Origin: Nemertoderma westbladi
Lineage: Eukaryota > Animalia > Xenacoelomorpha
NCBI GenBank assembly: GCA_032718475.1
Contig: JAUCBJ010001345.1
Location: 1 to 51,354 of the forward strand
DNA: 51,354 bases
Reading direction: 5' to 3'
The position numbers and the translations under genes are program-made. The notes beneath the pieces were generated by a model. It had not been told where the DNA came from and ran no database searches. It saw only the letters and a program-made list of their open reading frames with translations. Below, piece after piece: positions 12,693 through 22,379 of the stretch (positions are counted from its first letter, which is position 1; each line of letters opens with the position of its first letter).

Positions 12693-12760
12693 GGGAGGAG
12701 GGGGGGGGGGGGGTAGGAGGAGTGGGGGAGGAGGGGGGAGGGGGTGGGGGGGGGGGGGTG
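12693..12760. repeat. G-rich low-complexity tract (C-rich on the LINE sense strand) in the LINE 3' UTR
   Basis: Multiple G runs, two longer than 10 nt. Confidence 0.85.
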
Positions 12761-12930
12761 CGTTTTGTTGCTCAGATTAGGGTAAATTTAATGAAGTGCT
12801 CATGGAGTACAGTATGCTGCAATTTAAGTAGTACCGAGGTGGATCATTTCAAACACAGGACGTTATGTCTTGAAAAATAAATGGGGTTATCGCATGGCGT
12901 ATGTTGGAATAGAGTTATGTTATCAGAGAT

Positions 12931-15900
12931 TTAAATATAATTTAGAATATGTCGTTTATATGCCTTTGAGAATGAGTTTTTAGAATTTTTGATCTTGATT
13001 TCAGAGGGAACCGAGTTCCAGATGGTTGGGCCCTGATAACGGATAGAGCATTGGGAGGAATCTAATCTAACTAAAGGGACGATGAAGCCAAAAGAGGCAG
13101 CTAAGCGGGTAGAATATCCATGAGAGATTTTTTTAAATAATTTACCGATGGGGGAGGTTGGAAGAATAGTGTTATTATTTGCGTCGTACATAAGTAAGGC
13201 GGTTTGATGTTTGTATAGAAGGTCAATGGGTAAAATAGATAACGATTTGTAAATAGGGTTGGATGATGAACGGCTGTGAGAAAATGTAATACAACGAATT
13301 ATTTTATTAATTTTGGTACGTAGGGGTTTAAGCGTAGAAGAATGGGATTTTCCCCAAATTAAGATACCATATAATAGATAGGGGTGGATAAGGGAAAAAT
13401 ATAGTTGGCGTAAGATATTTAATGGAAAAATGTATCTGAGTTTATAGAATAAACCACCGGTTTTGGAGATTTTTTTAATTATTGAATTAATATGTGACTT
13501 CCAGCAAAGTTTATTATCAACCGAAATACCTAAAAATTTTGTTGAGATTTTAAAATCGATAAGAGTATTATTTATTTGAATTTTAAGATCTGTGGGGTTA
13601 AAACGTTTGTTAGAAAGGATAGTATATTCAGTTTTGGTTAGATTTAAGGAGAGTTTGTTATCAGACAGCCAATCAGAGAGGGTGTTGAGTTCAGAGTTAA
13701 CAAAGTCGCTTAGTAGAGGTAAGTTCGAACCAGTGGCGTATAGAGTAGTGTCATCGGCAAAGAGCGTAGTGAAAAGTCGGGTAGCGTTTGGGAGGTCGTT
13801 AATGTAAAGGAGGAATAGGAGGGGGGACAAGGTGGCGCCTTGAGGGACGCCGGTGTTTAGAGGAAGGTAGGAGGATGTATTATTTCCAATAGAAACGCAT
13901 TGGGTGCGAGCAGAGAGATAGCTGGAAAATAATTGTAGTGGTAGGCCGCGGATACCATAGCAGGAGAGTTTTTGGAGAAGTATATCGTGGTTAATTGTGT
14001 CGAACGCTTTTTTTAGATCAATATATATTACACAGGAATAATTTTTATTGTCGAGGTACTGGTGTAAATTTTCAATGACGGATAGTAGGGCATGAGAGGT
14101 GGTAGTCTTGGGGCGGAAACCATATTGGCAGGATGAAAGGATCGATAATTTATGTATGTAGGAGAGAAGCTGCGAGTTAATTAATTGTTCAAAAATTTTA
14201 CTAAGAATTGGCAAGAGAGAGATGGGACGGTAATTATTTCGATCGCAGTGTTCACCTGATTTAAAAACTGGGATAACTTTGGCTTTTTTTAAAGTGTCCG
14301 GGAAAAAACCGTGGGAAATAGATATATTAAAGAGATAACTTAGGATATGAGATAATTGCTTAGCAGCTAGAATAAGTAAGCGAGTTGGAAAAGGGTCATT
14401 GGAGGCAGTGTGTGGGTCTAGTTGTAGTAGTTTATATTCAACTTCAATAGGACAGGTTTCGATTAACGAGAAAGAATTGCGAGGTGGATTTATGTGGCGA
14501 GTTGGTCTGCGTGGTGAAGAGGGAATTGTACTAGCTAGTGATTGGCCAATAGTGGAAAAGTGTTGATTGAATAGATCTGCTATAGAAGTTGGGTCAGTAA
14601 TTGTTTCAGTAGAAAGATCAGTTTTAACAGTGAGTTTAGTTGGGAGTTTGGAGGAGTTGTTTCTATTTAGCGCCGAATTTATTATAATCCACGTTTTTTT
14701 AATGTTACCGGCATTTTCTTGGAACTGTCTGGTGTAGTATTTTTTCTCAGCTGTGCGGAGAATAGAGGTTAATTTATTTCTGTAAACTGTAAAAGTCTTG
14801 TGATTGCTGGAAGTGGGATTTTTAATATAGGTACGGTAAAGTTTATTTTTTGTGAGAGTACAATTTATTAGGTTTTCTGTCATCCATGGCTTAAGTGGGA
14901 TGGAGCGAAGAGGGACTACGGTGCGGGGAACGTGAGAAGAACATAAGTTATTAAGGTCATTGTAAAAGTTGTCGAATTTATCAGAAGCGTTTAAATTGTT
15001 AGTAAATGTACTGTTGCTCAGAGACTCGATGTCGGAAGTAAATGCAGTTTGATTGAAGTTGGAGTAGTCAAATTTAAATGTTTGTTTAGGGGCAACGAAT
15101 ATAGACGGGTATTTTTCAAGAATAACAAAAGTGGGTTGGTGGTCAGTGGTTCCAATTTTACATGAGATTGTTCCAGAAGTAGTGGAGTGGGATGTAATGT
15201 TAGTGAATATATGGTCGATTAGTGTTTCAGAGTGAATGGTGCGGTTGGATAATTCAGAATGAAAAATTCGAGTGGGTTTGTTAATCAGTTGTACGAATCC
15301 GTAAGAAGACATTAGGTCGACATAGGAAGAGGAATCAGTGTTCGGTTTAAGTAAGTTAATATTCATGTCCCCGGTTATAATAATGTCAAGGTTATTTTTT
15401 GTAAATTTAGAAAGTGTAGAGTCAAGTAGGGATAGAAAGTCAGTGTGAACAATGGTGTCAGGGCGATATATTGTACCAATTATAAGAGGTTTGGAATTAC
15501 GGGGACGTTTAATTTTAACCCAAGTGCTCTCGAGCCCAGCCATCTGAATATCTGGGTAATCACTGATTTCAAGATCATTTGATACAAAAATAGCAGTACC
15601 ACCTCGGTTTAATTTTTTTCCATACGAACGATTGGTTAAAATTGGGTCTTGGTATCCAGCAATTTTGATGAGTTCAAGCAGAGAGTGGTCGGCTGTAAGG
15701 AAAGTTTCAGAAAAAGTTAGTACATCAAATTTTAATTTCAGAGATAAAAGAAAATCTAATAATGCTGAATGATTTTTAGGTAATGAGCGGCAGTTTAGAT
15801 GAAGAATTTTTATAGACGAGCCCTTTTTTAATGACGAAAATTCTTTATTAATCTGCTGCTCAGTGCAGGTTCCTTTGTCATGGTTTATATTATTTAAATT

Positions 15901-16194
15901 TGAATGAGGATCGAGGTGACTAAAAGTTTGGTTGAGAATGTCAGACTCCAGGTAGGTAGAACTGGCTGAACAAAAAATATCAAAATCGGATGACGGAACT
16001 GAAAAAAATGGAAATATTTCAAGAGAACAAAAATTACAAAATAAATTTGTGGGTCTGGACATAACTTCCTGCAGGGTGAGATACGTTCCACATTGGTAGT
16101 GATAGTAGTTGCAGCATATTGCACACCGGACAGATTGGTTTGAATAAACAAAAGGGGAGAAACAAAACGCACAAGAGGAATGGGATTCGGGCAT
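12931..16194 (-). CDS. LINE ORF2: PHD-like finger, APE endonuclease and reverse transcriptase (1087 aa, intact)
   Basis: CAFC...CAICCNYYHYQC...CNFC; HLNCRSL, SETFL, GDMNIN, TLIDHIF, TDH; NYRPISLL, QYGFR, DLKKAFDT, GVPQGATLSPLLF, LFADD and KFLG. Confidence 0.95.
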   Translation of the reverse strand: MPESHSSCAFCFSPFVYSNQSVRCAICCNYYHYQCGTYLTLQEVMSRPTNLFCNFCSLEIFPFFSVPSSDFDIFCSASSTYLESDILNQTFSHLDPHSNLNNINHDKGTCTEQQINKEFSSLKKGSSIKILHLNCRSLPKNHSALLDFLLSLKLKFDVLTFSETFLTADHSLLELIKIAGYQDPILTNRSYGKKLNRGGTAIFVSNDLEISDYPDIQMAGLESTWVKIKRPRNSKPLIIGTIYRPDTIVHTDFLSLLDSTLSKFTKNNLDIIITGDMNINLLKPNTDSSSYVDLMSSYGFVQLINKPTRIFHSELSNRTIHSETLIDHIFTNITSHSTTSGTISCKIGTTDHQPTFVILEKYPSIFVAPKQTFKFDYSNFNQTAFTSDIESLSNSTFTNNLNASDKFDNFYNDLNNLCSSHVPRTVVPLRSIPLKPWMTENLINCTLTKNKLYRTYIKNPTSSNHKTFTVYRNKLTSILRTAEKKYYTRQFQENAGNIKKTWIIINSALNRNNSSKLPTKLTVKTDLSTETITDPTSIADLFNQHFSTIGQSLASTIPSSPRRPTRHINPPRNSFSLIETCPIEVEYKLLQLDPHTASNDPFPTRLLILAAKQLSHILSYLFNISISHGFFPDTLKKAKVIPVFKSGEHCDRNNYRPISLLPILSKIFEQLINSQLLSYIHKLSILSSCQYGFRPKTTTSHALLSVIENLHQYLDNKNYSCVIYIDLKKAFDTINHDILLQKLSCYGIRGLPLQLFSSYLSARTQCVSIGNNTSSYLPLNTGVPQGATLSPLLFLLYINDLPNATRLFTTLFADDTTLYATGSNLPLLSDFVNSELNTLSDWLSDNKLSLNLTKTEYTILSNKRFNPTDLKIQINNTLIDFKISTKFLGISVDNKLCWKSHINSIIKKISKTGGLFYKLRYIFPLNILRQLYFSLIHPYLLYGILIWGKSHSSTLKPLRTKINKIIRCITFSHSRSSSNPIYKSLSILPIDLLYKHQTALLMYDANNNTILPTSPIGKLFKKISHGYSTRLAASFGFIVPLVRLDSSQCSIRYQGPTIWNSVPSEIKIKNSKNSFSKAYKRHILNYI

Positions 16195-16573
16195 AAAAAA
16201 TAAAGACTGGTTAAATTTAAGTAAACAGAAAGCACCAAATTGTTAAGCTAGCTCCACTGATTGTACTGTACCATACGCTGCCCCTGCCGCCTGCATTTTC
16301 AAGGAATCATTGATTTAATAGATATGTAAACCTAACTATGGCCAACATAGCGTATCTAGCCAAGTTATATTATATATTGCCTACACCTTCACCATTGCAT
16401 CACCGTAGTGTAATACTGTATATACAGGTATATACTGGACCCCCTTGAAGGGAGAACTATTTGATGCATGAACGTTTAATTAAAAATGACTAATTACTTG
16501 GGTTATGTTACTAGTAGGCCGACCCAATAATCCGTGGGATACAGAAATTTCAACGAGAAGAAACCTTTGGTTC

Positions 16574-17134
16574 TTAGGGAGAACTGTCAGTGGTGGAGTT
16601 TAGGCGCCGATGGGCAAATCCCACAGTGGCTGCAAGATTCGCTATGTCGATGGATTGTCGAATAGGAATTACTTCACTTTCGTTGCCGATCTTGGCGACT
16701 ACAACTCCATTGCGGGTATATGCGGAATGGATTTTTTTGGCTGACTTCATCTGCTTCAATTCGCGAAGTAAACTTGCACGGAAGGAGGTTAGATGTTCGG
16801 TCACGTAAACGCCGGCTGGAAGGTTATTCTTGTTTTTCAAAACGGATAATCGTGTACGACGTGCAACAAAGCGAATGAGCAGAGGACGGGGACGAATTTT
16901 CGCTGGACGGCCGTTGATGTGTTTATCATGAAGCTGTTTACCTGGAAGACGGTGCATGATGTCAATATCTGACTCGGATATATCGAAGGAATTTAGGATT
17001 TCCGATTCTGGTAGATCGGCAACTCCATGGAATAGCAGATTGTAAGATTTCGAGTATTGTTCTTGGTCGTCGATCCGTACGTTTAAAGCAGTACCGGTAC
17101 ATTTATCATTGACTTTAACAAGTTGATTCTCCAA
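16574..17134 (-). CDS. LINE ORF1, C-terminal part (5'-truncated)
   Basis: DDQEQYSKSYNLLFHGV, IDIMHRL, RPLLIRF, VYVTEHLT and YTRNG match ORF1 RRM/CTD motifs. Confidence 0.85.
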   Translation of the reverse strand: MENQLVKVNDKCTGTALNVRIDDQEQYSKSYNLLFHGVADLPESEILNSFDISESDIDIMHRLPGKQLHDKHINGRPAKIRPRPLLIRFVARRTRLSVLKNKNNLPAGVYVTEHLTSFRASLLRELKQMKSAKKIHSAYTRNGVVVAKIGNESEVIPIRQSIDIANLAATVGFAHRRLNSTTDSSP

Positions 17135-17138
17135 GTCC

Positions 17139-17190
17139 CAGTGCCAGATTAACTTTAAGGCATATAAGGCACGTGCCTTAGGGCCAGCCG
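17139..17190 (+). mobile_element. Possible hAT-type DNA transposon/MITE terminus
   Basis: CAGTGCCAGATTAAC...AAGGCACGTGCTTAGGGCC resembles common hAT ends and starts where LINE ORF1 is cut; no partner end found. Confidence 0.4.
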
Positions 17191-17487
17191 AAAATACGGG
17201 CCATTTTTTCTCAGCGAGTCATTCTTGTGAAAAAATATTTTTATCTGAAAAGTACACATTTTTTCTCAATAAAATTTATAGAAAACAGAGCACGAAAGTG
17301 CATCTTTCGACTACTTTCTATCCCTAAATTTCTGATTGAAAGTGCAAAATTCTAGCTCAGTCGACCGATAGGTGCTGTGTTATTAGTTAGAGACCTGATG
17401 GCAGGGAAATAATAAAACATGGGCAGTAAAACTTTAAAGTGCTAATTATGAACAATGGGGAATTTAATTTTATTTATTTGTGAGGAA

Positions 17488-18100
17488 TTATTTGTAGTTA
17501 TTGCTCTCAAATAGGGACCTAGATGCAGCCTTAACTGCATTCTTGGCCGCTGTAGTCTGTTTGAGTCGGGACTTTTTCTGCGCCTCATAAAGGTCATTTC
17601 GGCACTTCTGAATTTTTTTGTCAGTCCAGGGGGCCCTTTTCCTGTTTCGAGGGTATACAGGAACTGTTTCTGCAGCTGCTAACTTAACTGCTTCTATAAA
17701 GGCAGTATAGCCCTCACAGTGATCTGCCGCCTCAGAGGCAAGAGCCTCATACCTGTTGCTCAGCTGTAGTGTGAAGCTGGATCTCCAGTCATGTCGCGGC
17801 AAGGCAGATTTCGTTGTTCTGCTAGCACGCAGACTAAGTCTTACCTTGGCCACAATAAGGCGGTGATCACTGGAGAAGGGTCGAAGTGTAAATGCATTAC
17901 AGTCTTGTATAGAGCTCCTGTATTTCCTACGAAACAGAATATGGTCTATCTGGGACTTGTGACCACTGGGTCCACTATGAGTCCATAGCTTTCCAGTTTG
18001 CTTCTTAAACTGGGTTCCAGCCGAAAACAATCCATTTCCAGAGATAAAATCCTGAAGATGGACGGAATTTCGGTTAACACTATTGCTATAGACCCAGGGC
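17488..18100 (-). mobile_element. RTE-clade LINE fragment: C-terminal half of the APE endonuclease plus linker
   Basis: VNRNSVHLQDF, FKKQTGKLWT, SQIDHILF, SSDHRLIVAKVRLSLR, FTLQLSNRYEAL and PW. Confidence 0.85.
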
Positions 18101-21100
18101 GATGTTGGAACTGGGGAACTGGTTGTTGGAACTGGGGAAGGTGGAGTGGTTGTTGGAACTGGGGAAGGTGGAGTGGTTGTTTGAACTGGGGAAGGTGGAG
18201 TGGTTGTTGGAACTGGGGAAGGTGGAGTGGTTGTTGTAACTGGGGAAGGTGGAGTGGTTGTTGGAACCGGAGAAGGTGGAGTGGTTGTTGGAACCGGAGA
18301 AGGTGGAGTGGTTGTTGGAACTGGGGAAGGTGGAGTGGTTGTTGGAACCGGGGAAGGTGGAATTGTTGTTGGAACTGGGGAAGGTGGAATGGTTGTTGGA
18401 ACTAGGGAAGGTGGAATGGTTGTTGGAACCGGGGAAGGTGGAGTGGTTGTTGGAACTGGGGAAGGTGGAGTGGTTGTTGGAACCGGAGAAGGTGGAATGG
18501 TTGATGGAACTGGGGAAGGTGGAATGGTTGTTGGAACTGGGACAGGTGGAATGGTTGTTGGAACTGGAGAAGGTGGAGTGGTTGTTGGAACCGGAGAAGG
18601 TGGAGTGGTTGTTGGAACCGGAGAAGGTGAAGTGGTGGTTGGAACTGGGGAAAGTGGAGTGGTTGTTGGAACCGGGGAAGGTGGAGTGGTTGTTGGAACT
18701 GGGGAAGGTGGAGTAGTTGTTGGAACTGGGGAAGGTGGAGATGTGGTTGGAACCGGAGAAGGTGGAATGGTTGATGGAACTGGGGAAGGTGGAATGGTTG
18801 TTGGAACTGGGGAAGGTGGAATGGTTGTTGGAACTGGGGAAGGTGGAGTGGTTGTTGGAACTGGGGAAGGTGGAGTGGTTGTTGGAACTGGGGAAGGTGG
18901 AGTGGTTGTTGGAACTGGGGAAGGTGGATTGGTTGTTGGAACTGGGGAAGGTGGAGTGGTTGTTGGAACTGGGGAAGGTGGAGTGGTTGTTGAAACTGGG
19001 GAAGGTGGAGTGGTTGTTGGAACTGGGGAAGGTGGAGTGGTTGTTGGAACTGGGGAAGGTGGAGTGGTTGTTGAAACTGGGGAAGGTGGAGTGGTTGTTG
19101 GAACTGAGGAAGGTGGAGTGGTTGTTGGAACTGGGGAAGGTGGAGTGGTTGTTGGAACTGGGGAAGGTGGAGTGGTTGTTGGAACTGGGGAAGGTGGAGT
19201 GGTTGTTGGAACTGGAGAAGGTGGAGTGGTTGTTGGAACTGGGGAAGGTGGAATGGTTGTTGGAACTGGGGAAGGTGGAGTGGTTGTTGGAACTGGGGAA
19301 GGTGGAGTGGTTGATGGAACTGGGGACGGTGGAGTGGTTGTTGGAACTGGGGAAGGTGGAGTGGTTGTTGGAACTGGAGAAGGTGGAGTGGTTGTTGGAG
19401 CCGGAAAAGGTGGAGTGGTTGTTGGAACCGGGGAAGGTGGAGTGGTTGTTGGAACTGGAGAAGGTGGAGTCGTTGTTGGAGCTGGGGAAGGTGGAGATGT
19501 GGTTGGAACTGGGGATGGTGGAGATGTGGTTGGAACTGGGGATGGTGGAGATGTGGTTGGAACTGGGGATGGTGGAGTGGTTGTTGGAACTGGGGAAGGT
19601 GGAGATGTGGTTGGAACTGGGGATGGCGGAGTGGTTGTTGGAACGGGGGAAGGTGGAGATGTGGTTGGAACTGGGGACGGTGGAGATGTGGTTGGAACTG
19701 GGAATGGTGGAGATGTGGTTGGAACTGGGGATGGTGGAGATGTGGTTGGAACTGGGGAAGGTGGAGTGGTTGTTGGAACTGGAGAAGGTGGAGTCGTTGT
19801 TGGAGCTGGGGAAGGTGGAGATGTGGTTGGAACTGGGGATGGTGGAGATGTGGTTGGAACTGGGGATGGCGGAGTGGTTGTTGGAACGGGGGAAGGTGGA
19901 GATGTGGTTGGAACTGGGGATAGTGGAGATGTGGTTGGAACTGGGGATGGTGGAGTGGTTGTTGGAACTGGGGATGGTGGAGATGCGGTTGGAACCGGAA
20001 AAGGTGGAGTGGTTGTTGGAACCGGGGAAGGTGGAGTGGTTGTTGGAACTGGGGAAGGTGGAGTGGTTGTTAAAACTGGGGAAGGTGGAGTGGTTGTTGG
20101 AACTGAGGAAGGTGGAGTGGTTGTTGGAACTGGGGAAGGTGGAGTGGTTGTTGGAACTGGGGAAGGTGGAGTGGTTGTTGGAGCTGGGGAAGGTGGAGAT
20201 GTGGTTGGAACTGGGGATGGTGGAGATGTGGTTGGAACTGGGGATGGCGGAGTGGTTGTTGGAACGGGGGAAGGTGGAGATGTGGTTGGAACTGGGGATA
20301 GTGGAGATGTGGTTGGAACTGGGGATGGTGGAGTGGTTGTTGGAACTGGGGATGGTGGAGATGCGGTTGGAACCGGAAAAGGTGAAGTTGGTTGTTGGAA
20401 CTGGGGAAGGTGGAGTGGTTGTTGGAACTGGAGAAGGTGGAGTCGTTGTTGGAGCTGGGGAAGGTGGAGATGTGGTTGGAACTGGGGATGGTGGAGATGT
20501 GGTTGGAACTGGGGATGGCGGAGTGGTTGTTGGAACGGGGGAAGGTGGAGATGTGGTTGGAACTGGGGATAGTGGAGATGTGGTTGGAACTGGGGATGGT
20601 GGAGTGGTTGTTGGAACTGGGGATGGTGGAGATGCGGTTGGAACCGGAAAAGGTGGAGTGGTTGTTGGAACCGGGGAAGGTGGAGTGGTTGTTGGAACTG
20701 GGGAAGGTGGAGTGGTTGTAGGAACTGGGGATGGTGGAGATGCGGTTGGAACCGGAAAAGGTGGAGTGGTTGTTGGAACCGGGGAAGGTGGAGTGGTTGT
20801 TGGAACTGGGGAAGGTGAAGTTGGTTGTTGGAACTGGAGAAGGTGGAGTGGTTGTTGGAACTGGAGAAGGTGGAGTGGTTGTTGGAACGGGGGAAGGTGG
20901 AGTGGTTGTTGGAACTGGAGAAGGTGGAGTGGTTGTTGGAAGTGGAGAAGGTGGAGTGGTTGTTGGAGCTAGTTGGGGAAGGTGGAGATGCGGTTGGAAC
21001 TGGGGATGGTGGAGATGTGGTTGGAACTGGGGAAGGTGGAGTGGTTGTTGGAACTGGAGAAGGTGGAGTGGTTGTTGGAGCCGGAGAAGGTGGAGTGGTT

Positions 21101-21876
21101 GTTGGAACCGGGGAAGGTGGAGTGGTTGTTGGAACTGGGGAAGGTGGAGATGTGGTTGGAACTGAGGATGGTGGAATGGTTGTTGGAGCTGGGGAAGGTG
21201 GAGTGGTTGTTGGAACTGGAGAAGGTGGAGTGGTTGATGGAACTGGGGAAGGTGGAGTGGTTGTTGGAGCCGGGGAAGGTGGAGTGGTAGTTGGAACTGG
21301 GGAAGGTGGAGATGTGGTTGGAACTGGGGATGGTGGAATGGTTGTTGGAGCTGGGGAAGGTGGAGATGTGGTTGGAACTGGGGATGGTGGAGATGTGGTT
21401 GGAACTGGGGATGGCGGAGTGGTTGTTGGAACGGGGGGAGGTGGAGATGTGGTTGGAACTGGGGATGGTGGAGATGTGGTTGGAACTGGGGATGGTGGAG
21501 ATGTGGTTGGAACTGGGGATGGTGGAGTGGTTGTTGGAACGGGGGGAGGTGGAGATGTGGTTGGAACTGGGGATGGTGGAGATGCGGTTGGAACTGGGGA
21601 TGGTGGAGATGTGGTTGGAACTGGGGAAGGTGGAGATGTGGTTGGAACTGGGGATGGTGGAGTGGTTGTTGGAACGGGGGAAGGTGGAGATGTGGTTGGA
21701 ACTGGGGAAGGTGGAGATGCGGTTGGAACTGGGGATGGTGGAGATGTGGTTGGAACTGGGGAAGGTGGAGATGTGGTTGGAACTGGGGATGGTGGAGTGG
21801 TTGTTGGAACGGGGGAAGGTGGAGATGTGGTTGGAACTGGGGAAGGTGGAGATGCGGTTGGAACTGGGGATGATAG
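17488..21876 (-). CDS. Putative mucin-like Pro/Thr/Ser open frame (TTTPPSPVP)n running into RTE endonuclease sequence; no start codon, so it would have to be an exon
   Basis: Manual translation finds no stop between TAA at 21879-21877 and TAA at 17490-17488; many repeat variants are synonymous or Ser/Thr-conserving in this frame. Confidence 0.4.
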   Translation of the reverse strand, partial: LSSPVPTASPPSPVPTTSPPSPVPTTTPPSPVPTTSPPSPVPTTSPPSPVPTASPPSPVPTTSPPSPVPTTTPPSPVPTTSPPSPVPTTSPPSPVPTASPPSPVPTTSPPPPVPTTTPPSPVPTTSPPSPVPTTSPPSPVPTTSPPPPVPTTTPPSPVPTTSPPSPVPTTSPPSPAPTTIPPSPVPTTSPPSPVPTTTPPSPAPTTTPPSPVPSTTPPSPVPTTTPPSPAPTTIPPSSVPTTSPPSPVPTTTPPSPVPTTTPPSPAPTTTPPSPVPTTTPPSPVPTTSPPSPVPTASPPSPTSSNNHSTFSTSNNHSTFSSSNNHSTFPRSNNHSTFSSSNNHSTFSSSNNQLHLPQFQQPLHLPRFQQPLHLFRFQPHLHHPQFLQPLHLPQFQQPLHLPRFQQPLHLFRFQPHLHHPQFQQPLHHPQFQPHLHYPQFQPHLHLPPFQQPLRHPQFQPHLHHPQFQPHLHLPQLQQRLHLLQFQQPLHLPQFQQPTSPFPVPTASPPSPVPTTTPPSPVPTTSPLSPVPTTSPPSPVPTTTPPSPVPTTSPPSPVPTTSPPSPAPTTTPPSPVPTTTPPSPVPTTTPPSSVPTTTPPSPVLTTTPPSPVPTTTPPSPVPTTTPPFPVPTASPPSPVPTTTPPSPVPTTSPLSPVPTTSPPSPVPTTTPPSPVPTTSPPSPVPTTSPPSPAPTTTPPSPVPTTTPPSPVPTTSPPSPVPTTSPPFPVPTTSPPSPVPTTSPPSPVPTTTPPSPVPTTSPPSPVPTTTPPSPVPTTSPPSPVPTTSPPSPVPTTSPPSPAPTTTPPSPVPTTTPPSPVPTTTPPFPAPTTTPPSPVPTTTPPSPVPTTTPPSPVPSTTPPSPVPTTTPPSPVPTTIPPSPVPTTTPPSPVPTTTPPSPVPTTTPPSPVPTTTPPSPVPTTTPPSSVPTTTPPSPVSTTTPPSPVPTTTPPSPVPTTTPPSPVSTTTPPSPVPTTTPPSPVPTTNPPSPVPTTTPPSPVPTTTPPSPVPTTTPPSPVPTTIPPSPVPTTIPPSPVPSTIPPSPVPTTSPPSPVPTTTPPSPVPTTTPPSPVPTTTPLSPVPTTTSPSPVPTTTPPSPVPTTTPPSPVPTTIPPVPVPTTIPPSPVPSTIPPSPVPTTTPPSPVPTTTPPSPVPTTIPPSLVPTTIPPSPVPTTIPPSPVPTTTPPSPVPTTTPPSPVPTTTPPSPVPTTTPPSPVTTTTPPSPVPTTTPPSPVQTTTPPSPVPTTTPPSPVPTTSSPVPTSPWVYSNSVNRNSVHLQDFISGNGLFSAGTQFKKQTGKLWTHSGPSGHKSQIDHILFRRKYRSSIQDCNAFTLRPFSSDHRLIVAKVRLSLRASRTTKSALPRHDWRSSFTLQLSNRYEALASEAADHCEGYTAFIEAVKLAAAETVPVYPRNRKRAPWTDKKIQKCRNDLYEAQKKSRLKQTTAAKNAVKAASRSLFESNNYK
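18103..21873. repeat. 27-bp minisatellite, ~140 units (GGAACTGGGGAAGGTGGAGTGGTTGTT)
   Basis: Tandem repeat visible directly, with recurrent variants and duplicated multi-unit blocks. Confidence 0.97.
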
Positions 21877-22379
21877 TTAAATAAATACCTTTCTTTACTT
21901 TTTGTATTTATTTGGGAAGGAATTAATTTTAGTCACCTCATCATTCATCATTATGTCTTCTTGTTGACATGGGAATATATCCCAACTCCAGCAAGCTCTA
22001 AACTAATAATACGTGATACAAAATGCTCTACAAAACATGCTGGCAGAACAAAAAATCACTGTTTTATACTAGTTTCTATGAAACCAGAACCATTGGTTAA
22101 ACACCCTATCTTCAACAAATCAGCTTACATTGAATGGCAAAACACCCTATATTTTTATTTCATCACTTTAATCCCTTTTTCGTCATCTCTCACCATCTAT
22201 TCTATTAAAAAAACTAAGTTAGCCTGTTAAGTTCCCTTAGGACCCATTATCAGTGATTTATCATAATGTCTTCAATGTTGAATTAGGGGAAACGCATTTG
22301 GGTTAATATCTCAAAATGTGTTTTTTGGATAGGGTGTATTGCCAAACAATGGCAGTATATTCTACGCATATCCTTCGAT

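Larger units (their letters stand above)
12547..17138 (-). mobile_element. CR1/L2-group (Crack-like) LINE: 5'-truncated ORF1, spacer, intact ORF2, 3' UTR and short-repeat tail
   Basis: Two ORFs on the minus strand; tail GAATTTGAATTTGATTTGAA abuts the Mag integrase. Confidence 0.92.

Noticed and set aside
18200-21884. Plus-strand ORFs (GTGEGGVVV)n, (LELGKVEWL)n and (WNWGRWSGC)n
   Set aside because: These are the expected shadow frames of a 27-bp repeat, with no splice or start context; the minus-strand Pro/Thr frame is the more plausible coding frame, if any.
21864-21890. Acceptor TTTAACTATCATCCCCAG at the start of the 27-bp array as the entry to the mucin frame
   Set aside because: It would need a phase-1 upstream donor, while the nearest L1-like donor is phase 2.
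21937-21997. Candidate next L1-like exon (tttag|A GCT TGC TGG..., giving EYRACWSWDIFPCQ)
   Set aside because: Phase-compatible with the 23162 donor, but it lacks convincing FN3 similarity and has no donor that links in frame to the Pro/Thr repeat; unsupported without RNA data.
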